A DNA stretch of 64,000 bases from Macrostomum lignano (Eukaryota), in contig NIVC01003270.1 of the NCBI GenBank assembly GCA_002269645.1, forward strand, positions 31,063 to 95,062. Reading direction: 5' to 3'. Position 1 is the first letter of the stretch. Each line of letters opens with the position of its first letter. A program made the translations under genes and the position numbers. This document shows, in pieces, positions 46,688-58,344 of the stretch. The notes below the pieces were generated by a model. It saw nothing but the letters and a program-made list of their open reading frames with translations, did no database searches and had not been told where the DNA came from.

Positions 46688-48077
46688 TTAGCAGAATTCT
46701 TCCATCAGTTGAAACTCTTCAGGACTCAGAGCTCTGGTGCTCATCGCAAAGCAAGCCATGCTGCCATTGAGGCACGAGACGATCGGCAGAACGCAGCCGA
46801 GCTGCAGACGCTCGAATACGCTGCCAGGAGCGAAAAATGTTTCGGAACTGATAACTGGCATCGGCACCAGGGAGCGGTTCCAGTAGGCCTCGTGCGCGGT
46901 CCCATTGAATTGATAGCCAATTGACAGCTCAGCAGGTTGTTCAAGATTTGGCAACTTCTTTGAAGCTTGCATCGTCTGGAAGTCACTGCGCGAAGTCCAG
47001 AGAATTGATAGTAGAGCCCCATTGAAACTCTTAAGCAGCAGTCCTGGTGGCGAACTCTTAGCTGACTGTCGAAACATGAAGTATCCGTGTTCACTTAAAC
47101 AACAGGAGTAGTGGAGTCGTTCTATTACCTCGGAAGTTAAGTTTTAGTAAACAAGAAAACGTTTCTCACGTTTCACTCGTGACTCGATGCCGAACTCGCA
47201 TGAAGAATGAGTAAGCGTTTTGATTCCCTATCAAATGCTCGAACCCCGGAGTTTGAGCAATCAGGTAAGAGCTGATGTGATTCTTGAACTCAGCTCCGTC
47301 AGTACCAATTGGCACATTGCCGGAGAGTAGGCAAAACTGGCTGGGATCCACTTCGTTCACCAGGCCGCTCCGCCTGAAGCTGTAGAAGAGCTTCACCTGC
47401 AGCTGCTTGAACATCCGCGATCTCGTCTCTGGAAAAATTTTGAAGTTTCCCTAATAGATAATTTAAATATTCCAGAAAGGTTTGCTGGCACCCTCGCGCA
47501 ATGCCTTTGTCTATTCCGTTGACTCCTGGGCATATACGAGCCAATACTGTACGAGGACTTTCTGATCGTCAGGCATATGCACTGTAGGAAAATAACTGAA
47601 GAAATAACACTGGCCAGCCCCAGCCTCTGTGTGTCTCGGCAAGCCCCAACGTCCACAAATGAGATTGGCCGCGCGCAGAAACGAACCAAGAGTTATGACG
47701 CGAAAGTCAGACAACTACTACTGCCAAGCTACAGTGCCCCTCAAGTTCCCCTTCGAAGAAGAGTCTCATAAAAAATCCTCACCCTTGCCAGCGGACACCT
47801 TGCGATATGACTTGCAGTTCCCGGCTGACCAGCGCGCTATCATGGAGCACTCCGACATTGCCAGGTAGCAAGCGCCTGCAGTTCCAGGACTAAAGTGAAA
47901 TCCTTTGCACAGGGTCTGAGCACTGCAGACTCGAGCACACTGCATCGTATTTGTAATTTGCAGCTTTGGGTCAACCGATTTTGGACACATTTTAACCTTC
48001 TCGAACTGGACTACGTCACTGGCTGTAGATTTTTCAACTAGCAGAAGCAACAGCGCTGTCGCAAGAAAAATAGTCAT
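46688..48077 (-). CDS. Secreted PAN/Apple + ConA/LamG-like domain protein, copy B (paralogue of A)
   Basis: Exons 48077-47783, 47428-~47175 and ~47125-46688. Signal peptide MTIFLATALLLLLV; PAN motif QCARVCSAQTLCKGFHF. Exon 2 aligns with copy A (GLVNEVD..FCL..GAEFK..SSYL.A.TPGF). The boundaries of intron 2 are ambiguous. Confidence 0.72.
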
Positions 48078-48392
48078 TTTAGAATTAACCTACTCGAAAC
48101 TACGGGTAAGAACAGGAACTCACATCTGGAGCCGCAATCTTCGGTACAGCTGTTTTTATATTGTAGAAACCATTGTTTGCTAATCATTGCAAGCTGGAGT
48201 CTGCTTGTGGAGCCAAAAGAGAAACTCTTTTTTATTTGCCGGTGAAACTAAACCGGACATCGGTAATACCTGTGCAAATGATCCGTAGGACACCACGAAT
48301 CCTGTGCTTCCCTACTCCGGAAGCATGTCATGAATTTACCTTAGTGCCAATTAGTGCCGTCACACGTAACACAAAGTTGATCTGACTGTCCA

Positions 48393-48845
<453 letters not shown>

Positions 48846-50007
48846 ATATTTATCAATTGATAAAGTGAAACTTTTTTTAGAAATGCCGAGGTGACCGGGT
48901 GCTCCAACTGAGTTGCACCAACGGTGAGTTGCTGCTGCTGGTGGCCACTTGTTTAACATTTGCTCTTCGTATGTTGCTATGTTGTATTTTGGAGACAAAA
49001 CCAAGTTTCAGATAGTAACTCAAAAGCCTGCATACATGTACATGTATTTTTATGGCGAGTAATTCTCATAGCTGATTCTGGGTCCGCGCTGATCTAAATT
49101 GTTTACCTTCTTAACACGATTTTTTAACTGCTTTGAGACAATTATTTTTTTAGACTAAAACATATTTGTATATGGAAAAAGAAATGGACAAGCAGACACT
49201 CGGAGAGGCAGACACTTTTTTATTGTAATCGGTCACTGTCAGTGTCACTGAGTACATCTGTCACTACATTTATTACTTTTTAAATTGCACTGTTCCAAAC
49301 AGCTCTGTGCAGTTTCCATTATCAATCCGAGTATTTCACCTTTTCAGCAATAAGTTCTTTAGTCCATGATAAAAAACTTGTGAATACCTTCGCTCCAATT
49401 AACTTGTATTGAGTTTGTCAGCAGTTGATGTGCATTGATGCCTCAGTCTCTATCTCTCTGAGCACAAATATACTCTGAGCTAATACAGACTATACAGGTG
49501 CGCACTTAAACAAACGCTTACACAGGGCGTATGAAAAGAAATTTGTTTCTCATTTATACCGATGAATTTTTAAATATTCCTATTCATTATCCTCGCAAGC
49601 TGCTTTTCCCTTTTGACTCTCAAACTGAGTGGTAAAATTTAAATTCATTTATTGACGCAGACACACGGTGGGCCTAATGGTCTTGGCGCCACCCCCGCAG
49701 TAGAAAAGAGATCCCGATGGAGGCTCATGCGGCTGCGACTGAAAGCAAATCGAGTCTCCCAACGTCACTCGGCTCACTGATTCTGGCTAAGGGCACATCG
49801 AGTTAATGCATGGAGCTAATGGATTTCAATCCGGCTCATTCCGCTCCGACAGCTGTTTACCGACATGCAAGCGGCTGCCTGCTGAGAGTCTCCATGGCAA
49901 CGCATCAATAAGGCTGCTGTTATTTAGCCTCTCTCTCGCACAAAGATTCGGCAATCTTCTGCTTAATGCCGCACTGACAAACCCAGCCTGGCCATGCCTC
50001 TCTGCAG

Positions 50008-50240
50008 GATCCTCTGCGCTGCTCCGAGGTGTCTCCGAGTGACGAAGACGGCACCGCTTTTGTCCACAGCTTCTGGATAATGACTCACGAGCTGTGCGGC
50101 AGCGTCTGCGCTCTGGGCGGCTTCCAGTTCGCGGCTCTGCATGCCACGTATTGGTGCACATGCGGCAACTCCTACGGGTCGCAGGGCGCTACTCCTGACT
50201 CGGACTGCTCCTTTGCCTGCAGTGGAACCTTTCATAATGT
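50008..50240 (+). CDS. WSC (carbohydrate-binding) domain exon or gene fragment
   Basis: MTHELCGSVCALGGFQFAALHATYWCTCGNSYGSQGATPDSDCSFACSG fits the WSC cysteine pattern. Acceptor CTCTCTGCAG| at 50007. The LRGC start needs two +1 repairs. The rest of the gene was not found. Confidence 0.55.
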
Positions 50241-53200
50241 ATTTCAATTCCTCGTTAGTATTTGCCTGCATTCATATTGTATTCGAATTCCTATAATTCA
50301 TAGTAGTAACCAAAGTCTTTAGATATACGCTCGTAATTGCGGACTTACTCTTAGTTTTTTTCCGTGACTATTTGAATGCTTTTTTCGACCATGAAATAGA
50401 TTCAGTCTTCACTGCAAGAGACCGTGTTAACGGCCTGTCCTGAATCAATGTAGGCCCGTTAACATAACCAAAACAACAAAAAGGCGCTCTCTGGGGGGAG
50501 AGACCGCACAGAGAAGAAAATGAGAAGAAATTATGCGAGTCGCTACTTAGTTAGAGTTTCAAGTAAAACGGACCGAACATGGGCTCGGGACCCAAACGGG
50601 AGTATTTATGTCAGTAAACTATGGGAGGGGTGGAGAGCAAGTGAGAGTTAGGAGGGAGTTTGTGGACGGAGGCAAGATTAAAGAGCCAATCAAACTAACC
50701 GTACCAATCGGCTGGATAAGTCTGAGTCTGATACCGACTGAACGAAATTGAACGCAGAGTATTTTTTTGAGTCAACTTTTCTGGTTCTGAAATTCAACAA
50801 ATTTAATTTACGAGAGTTTGTATATTTTCCATCGCAAAGTTTCAATGTAATCTTTTTGATAGTCTTTGTGAATACCTTTCTTGAGGAAGAAATTCGATTT
50901 CTGCTTTTGATTATTCTAAAATAGTTGTTGTGTATGCAATCGGGTCTTCGTAGAATATCTGTAAAATCTTTCTTCTAAAGCTTTCTCCATTCCTCACAAA
51001 CAGGACTAACTAGGCTAAATTATTAGGCTAATCTCTATTTTAGACCTCTGAGCTCAGGAATAGAATTTTATTGTAAACTCAGCGCGTAAACTCTCGCGTA
51101 CGGACCAAGTTCAGATCCCGGAGAAGAGACCTACGTGAGGTGACAGACGACCATGTGCCGCAAGAAGAGAAGTCTGCAACAGTTATACGAGTAGATCACT
51201 GAATTGTGCTTAGCCTCACAGACTTGGAAATGGTCGTACCTTTAGACATTAAACCCAATTCTCTTTCTATATTTTTCTCTTCTCGCTTCTCATACTCTAG
51301 TTTGGTAAAGACAAACCCTTCACTTACCCTCCACCCCGCCCCTCGCCACTTTCTGCCCTTTGATCTCCGCAAAGTGCTCTCTCGGCAGGGTTCTGCCAAC
51401 CCGCACTGCTAGAGGCAGATATGCTGAAATCATCTCATAACGGGTGCGGCCAACTGGGCCGCCAATCTTATCTATTCAATTGTATTCGGCCTCTTCTCAG
51501 TTCTTTTGTTAAACTGGATGCAAAAATATATCTCTGCACCCCTTTATCTTCCAGATATTATGCCAGGATGCATCCATTGCTAGGCCCAGGAGTACCGTAC
51601 AGACGGAGCACAGCACAGCCTATAATTTAGTGGCTGAAAAGTATATTATAACAAAATCTAGCTCTTCAAAATCCTGCCCAGGCGACAGTCGGGTGCGGTT
51701 TTGCTGGCTTGGCACAGAATCGTGCCATAAGTAGTCCCGTCGTGGTTTTTAAACAGAGTCGCTTTAATTTTCCTTTTCAAACCAGTTCTGATCCCAGGTA
51801 AGCGTTGAAGTTTGAGCTTTTTACGATTGTACGAGTAAAAAATATTGCTTTTTGCTAACATTATTTTGACAAAAACACTACATTTTGACTCGATTGTTAG
51901 CTGATTCCTGCAACTCCTTGATTCATCACCTACAGTAACCCTACCCTACCCTACCTTACCTTAGGAGTAGAATTACCTATCCTACCTTACTTTACCCTAC
52001 TTAAACCTAGCCTAACCCTACCCTAAGTTATACAGGTAGTGAGGTAAATAGGGCAGTGTTAGGGAGGATGGGGTAGGTTATTTGATGGTTAGGCGTGGGT
52101 TCATATTTTAGTCATCGTACCCTATCATACCCTACACAGATTCCATCCTAACCTTACTCCTACCCCATCCTATCCTACCTAAAACTGAAGCTAACTTGTA
52201 GCTATACTGAACTCTAACTTGAAACCTACAAGGAGAGCTGGATTGTCCTGGGAATAGCATCAGTCTAATTTATAAATGCCAGTGTGCCAAGAATTATCGT
52301 GCCAGAAATTATTTAGACATGGTGAGACTCCATTTTAAGAATATTAAATTCGAATTGATTTTATGGACCCACACCCACCGAAATGGTTACACTAGACGAC
52401 AATGATGCAGTACACTGCAAGATGGCTACACTGCTATGGTACAGGTACAGATTCCACACTAGATGGCACCTAGTCATCAAAATCTGAAGCGTGAGACGAT
52501 CACACTGACAACTGCTGTGAGCAGTAGAATAGCCTTTGCTTTAGTGCATTTCTTGCCTGGGGCAAACGAGCTGGTTAGAGGTTAGAACAGTGCAACTTCG
52601 AACTCAAGCGGTGCTTTCTTTTATGCTATTGCCAGCGCCTGCTCCTCCTGCCGCCAGCCTGTCTGCGCCTGCAGGTTGAGCACTTCTTAGCTTATCGGCT
52701 GAACCTCTTTATATCAGGTTTTTTTTGTTTCTGACTTTCAAAACACACTGGCTCCTAGCTAATTGCCCTATATTATGAGTGTGCGGTTCACATCTCACAT
52801 CTCAAGGCAGTGTATCAGATATGCAACAAGAGAGAATAGGCTCAATGCAAAGCAATCAATAGTTTGACCAGGGTAGGGCTAGCGCCCATGAAGCTTGACG
52901 TTATTAGACAACCATCAACCCCCTACCCTCTAAAAGCAAATTTGCTGCGAGTCTTTTGTGTCTCGTACATTGTGGCTGTTCGCTTGGCTCTCAAACCTCA
53001 GCTTCGTTATCATCCTTTTTGTATTAAGGTCGGCTGGTCCGGAGCTGGTCTGCCTCTCGATATCTGCGGTCGAGGCAAGTAGAGTCCGTTGTTTCTTCGC
53101 TCCAATGTAAGAGCGCCTTTCCAGTGCTTATTCTCATTCTCACAGTGCATTAACTGGCTATTTGAGAGTGCGAAATTGACCGAACTACTCGGTTGTTCAG

Positions 53201-56200
53201 TTGCAACAGGTGGCTAGAGTACAGTATTACTAGTAGTATGGGTACAGTGCTACAAGTAGCTTAAATAGCTTCGCCTATCAGACGAAGATACCTCAGCTTC
53301 TAATCAGTTATTAGAAGAATTCAATAAGATGAGAAAGAGGAGAGAGTGCAAAGTATAGAGGAGAAAGCATAGGTTCCCGTGCAGCAATCTGACGTTGCTG
53401 ACAGTATATGTACTTTTACACTGCACTGGCGTTCAGCCGATGCATGAAGTCGTTGTAATGTAAAATTACATATTTGTCACCGACGTCGGATTTCTCTACG
53501 GGCTTCGCTGTCCTGCTCCACCGAATGATCCTTCGGGTCCTCCAGGACCAACGGCGGGACCAACGGATGGACTTTTCGATGGAAAGCTTCCTACAGAGAA
53601 ACTTCCAGCAGGTGCGGCCATGCAATGGACTTTAAAACAAAAAAACAACAGTGGTAGCCCCACTAGCACAATTCGCTGTACTTACGTTTTTTTATATAAT
53701 TACCTGAGAGAATCTTAGAGATTATGGTTTTTAATTCTAATTCTGCTTTTTCAGTTTCAATTTTCATTCTTAGAACATGGAAAATACTCATAGTTATATA
53801 GACACGCGGCGGAGTACGGTCTCTATCTACATGTATCTCTGAAGTCTTTGGCCAGCCTCCCAAATACATAGTTGCTGGGCCACCAACCTCCCAGATGTTT
53901 AACTGCTGGGCCACCAGCCTCCCAGATCCTCAGCTGCTGGATATTCAAATTCAAGATTATTACGCTCGTAAATCAATAAAGTTACTTTCTCTTTCTAAAT
54001 AGCGTTCATGTGTTTAATTATCCACAAAACGTTTTTTTAATATTAGTATTGGTATTAATAAATTGGCCATCCGCAACCCCCGTTGCTTAGGCAGCAAAGA
54101 AGAACCAAATTATAAAATACATATAGGTTTTGACCTAGGGTGCAGTCACGATTGTTAATTACTTAAGTAAAAATGATTTGTAAAAGAAAAAAGCCCTAGC
54201 TCAGAAAGCCTGAGATATCAGCATACTCTATGAACTTTGGCTCAAGATATAGCATAAAAACAACACCCAATGAGCCGCAATCCTCTCATAACCCTTGACA
54301 TCTCAGAAATCCCCCATGCCATGAGTCTTGACATCATAGTGGTTCCTCCACGAGTCTTAAGCGTTTCTTTTATGGTTGAAACTTAAGCCCCTAGCCCAAT
54401 AAGCCACGGTAATTTAGAACTTCCACCCATCGTAGGGTCCATACGACTCATTGGGGGAATTACTGTAATGTCAAGGCTTGTTTAAACTCTGTTGCTCATG
54501 GGGGTTGCTCAGATACTTTGAGCCACAGCTCACTGGGGGATGCTGATATCCTAAGCTAGAAAACTGGCTTTCGGGGCTGATGCTTTATTTGCTTAGAACA
54601 TTATTTACATTAGGATGTTAGCAGGCTTAAAGCATACATGTAGTTAGTTCAAAAATTCTGTTGTGTCTTCTGTTTTTTAATGACAAATCAAAAAGCAAGT
54701 CTGGAACTTAAAATGTTAAACTAACCAGCCGATCTTCGGCTCTTGTTTTTTTATTATTTATTTCCTGCAAGCCTAGCTTGCTCTCGTTACGCGTAGAAGC
54801 GTACGGTGCGCTGGGAAGCAAATCATTTTGTTTATGCTTGACTTATAGCCACAACAAATTCTTTGTTTCCATCACAGATACTAAAAACACAATTTTTATT
54901 TTTTCATTATCTATGGTTGCCACCCCAAATGGAGCGCAGATTTCTGTAGTGTTAGTAATATAGCATTTTTCAAGCCAATTGAGCCTAGGAGCAAACAATT
55001 TATCCTGTGGGAAAATAAAGCTACTGAAAACTTGCTTTTCATTATCTAGCTCGTATGGCTAGAAAGTGGTCTATGGAGCAACCAATTTGAGAATCTGGGC
55101 GCGCAATTAATCTTTTTCACAGTGCTCGTACATCCTTTACGAATAGCTTAACTGAAATAGCGTCTGCAAATAGATGGCATTTCAAAAAAACGATTGACAT
55201 TAGCACTTTGATTTCAAAGGAGCCAGTAAAAACAGACAAAGGCAACACCATGCCATACAGTATAAGCCGAGAACAATCGTGTCTCTCAAAACAGTGTTAG
55301 ACATATTGAAATCAAACCCGATCAATGTTCAGAGAATTTCTTTCTCGTTTAAGCAGCCCGGGATAAAGCGAAGCATCTGCCGAAGCCTACTGTGACGTTG
55401 CCACTTTCAGTAGCCCCGCCAAGGGCCGTTTTGACATACGGTACCAATCTTTAATATTACCAGTTCCGTATTCCCATGTCTGCTTAAAGTAGTGCCCTAA
55501 GAATTTTAATCAACTGCGTACAATTGTAAACTCTGCGTACAGCGCGTGATCAATAATTTCTGTTCCTGTTTTTCGCAGTCAGCCAATAGAAATACGCCGC
55601 ATTAATTATACTAATTTCTCTCGCGCTACCCCCTCCCCCCCAGCCCGGTCCTTATCAGTTCTGTCTGGCCGTGCGCTCGGGCCTTTTTCACCCTTCGCTC
55701 CTTCCCGCGACTCTACTCGGCTCCACTCCGCTCCACTTCGCTCCGCCGCCACCCTTGTGAGCCCGTGTAGTCTGTAGGCCCTGGCCGCCTCTACTTTGTT
55801 TTTCTCTCTCTCTGCCTCACTTCGCCACGGCTTAAGCTACGCCTTTGCCAGCCTCAGTCACGCCACTCCTACTGTTTGTTAAGCTCTCACTACGAGCACC
55901 GCCATCGTTCATCCTCTGCCATTACTTCGCCATCATAGTCTCAGACTCATCAACCTACTCAGCCTTCCACCAATTAATTTATTGTTGCGTAGCCACCAGT
56001 GCATCTTGTACGAAGTCAACCAATACTTTGACCTGCCTCTGTTGTGTGACGAATAAAGGCGGGAAGACGTACGGTTTGTGTAGCGGTTAAATTTAATAAT
56101 CTAGAGCCAGTAGCCGACTAGATTATTAAATTTATCCTAGACTATAAAGGATAAGCTAGGATTGGCTAGTCATATGGCTCAGAAGCTCAGAAGGTATAAA

Positions 56201-56386
56201 AATAAAAGAATACGACGCATAGACCAATCGATTCTCACATTGGATGGCTTTTTATCACTTTGCTTGTCCTTTATTGTCTATGGCCCATAGACTAAGGCTG
56301 CACGCAGCCAGGCCCTTCTCAGTCAGCGTAGGCAGGATTCTCATTTTGGGTGGCTTTATTCTCAGTTAGGCTGACATTAGGCTCTA

Positions 56387-58003
56387 GATAAGACTTTAGA
56401 CATTCAAAATAAGACTGCATAGGATCGCAAGCAAGGCCAGGCTAGCCACAGCCAGAGCAAGCCCAGTCTTGGCTGCAGGGATGGCTTGGCCATAGACTAA
56501 AAAATGGAATATCAAAATGAGAATAAGACGCTCAATATGAGACCGGCAGTGAACGTAATTTATTTGCTTTTTGGCAGTCACCATACAAACAGCTAAGGAG
56601 AAATTAGGCAATAAACAAGAAGCAGAATAGCATATGGAAATGTTTAGTCCATCACTGAAGTCAGCCTGGCGGACTGCGTTAGAAGGCCATTCGATTTAAG
56701 CACCTGCCAAAGTGCCTCTGACAGCGGAGTTCCCATCTGGCCGCCTTCTCAGCTGTGATGACGAGGCCGACTGCCTCCCGTGCAATCCGCTCCAGCAGCA
56801 TGAAGCGCCACTCCTCTTGTGTGAAATCTGCAGGTGGAGCAGCCTCTTCCTCGACTAGCTCAGGGTTCGCCAGCATCTGGCGAATGCGCGCCTTGAGTGC
56901 TGAGTTCGCGAGCTCCACAGGATTGAGGAAAGGCGAGTATGGTGGCAGAATCCTGATGGAGATCTGGTTCTGGAGCTGCTGAGGGACCCTCGCCGCACGA
57001 TGAAAATTTGCCCATCCATCAGGATGACCCATTGGGCTCCCTGGTCCAATTGGTTGCATCGCTCGCACAGGGCGTCCACAACTCTTGGAAGCGAGCAACG
57101 GTTTGTCCACCGCGGTAGACATTCGAGTGCAGGAGACCAAACTCAGTCGCAATCGCCATGCACACCGAGACATTTGGCCCGCGTTGCGTTGTCACAGTTC
57201 GCCGAATAGGACGGCCTTTCAGCGCACGACCCTGAGAGCGCCTGGTCCAGAGATTGAACCCGGTCTCGTCCAAGAAGACAGTGCGAGTCTCTTGAGCCAA
57301 ATTCAGCATGAACATGGCGTATTTGTTCCTGGCTTCGATATTTGCCTCAGAATTTGTCCTCATCCTCGCGTCAGTGCCTTTGACAGCCAGCTTCACGGTG
57401 TATAGCAGACCGTGCAGCATTCGGTCCACGCACTTGTAGCTGACTTGCGGCTTTTCCGGAAACTGCGTAGCCAGACGTGAGGACATTTCCTTAAGTGTGA
57501 GGAAGTGATTTTCCTCCAGCGTCTCAGTCAGGAAGTCTCTCATCTTGTTGTCAGCCTTGCAATTTTCTTCTCTCCGACCGCCACGAGGTAGGGATTCAAC
57601 TCTGCCATGGAGGCGGAACTCCGCAGCGATCCTAAAGGCGGACGCTCTCTTGATCTTGAGAATTTGAGCGGCAGCTAGGATGGTTGATCCATTGTTTACT
57701 GCGTCGATCAGACGCTGACGGTCTGCTGCAGGAATCGATGGTGCCATCACAGTGAAATCCAAGGGGTCAGATGCAACCCAAGGGGTGAAGAAGGAGAGCT
57801 GGCTGAGGGTCAGGGTTAGAGCGATATCTGAAGGCTTTCACACTCAGTCTCATATTGAGCGTCTTATTCTCATTTTGATATTCCATCTTTTAGTCTATGG
57901 CCAAGCCATTCCTGCAGCCAAGACTGGGCATGCTCTGGCCGTGGCTAGCCTGGCCTTGCTTGCGATCCTATGCAGTCTTATTTTGAATGTCTAAAGTCTT
58001 ATC
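56387..58003 (-). mobile_element. IS630/Tc1/mariner-superfamily DNA transposon, 1617 bp, 157-bp TIRs, TA target duplication
   Basis: TIRs at 56387-56543 and 57847-58003 (4 mismatches seen), flanked by TA at 56385-56386 and 58004-58005. Confidence 0.92.
56679..57747 (-). CDS. DDE transposase (IS630/Tc1-like), ~356 aa after two +1 repairs
   Basis: HTH-like N-terminus; VFLDETGFNLW, ILMDGANFH, LPPYSPFLNPVE. Frameshifts at ~57080 (TT) and ~57012 (GGG). Confidence 0.9.
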
Positions 58004-58344
58004 TAGAGCGTCAAAAGCTACATTTATACGAGTAGACGAGCGTAGCAATAAGACTGAATATTTACAGTATCACATATGGTATTTATAACAATATTAATCA
58101 CATAAATATGAAATTTATAAACGGAAAAATATGGTTTACATAATATACGCTCGTATACAGCGTACGTAAAATATATTTTATTAGTCTGTTGTTTTAGTTA
58201 ATGTTTTAAGACTAGATACTTAAGATGTGTTTTTAATTCATTTTCATCAAAAAAGGTATTAGCAAAAACAGCACGCCTAAATGATAGAAAAGTAGCCTAT
58301 AATTTTCTCATTTTTATTTGAACAGGAAATAGTGGCTGTCAGCT

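Noticed and set aside
51935-52190. Interstitial telomeric repeat
   Set aside because: The units are degenerate CCCTA/CCTTA pentamers, not a sustained CCCTAA array.
52600-53650. Possible small minus-strand gene with Gly/Pro-rich exons
   Set aside because: Acceptor-like sites exist, but I could not build a consistent frame or recognise a domain, and there is no collagen G-X-Y periodicity.
56387-58003. Bacterial contamination or recent horizontal transfer of an IS630 element
   Set aside because: IS630-like transposases are widespread in animals, and the element is embedded in intron-containing host sequence. A phylogeny would be needed to claim transfer.
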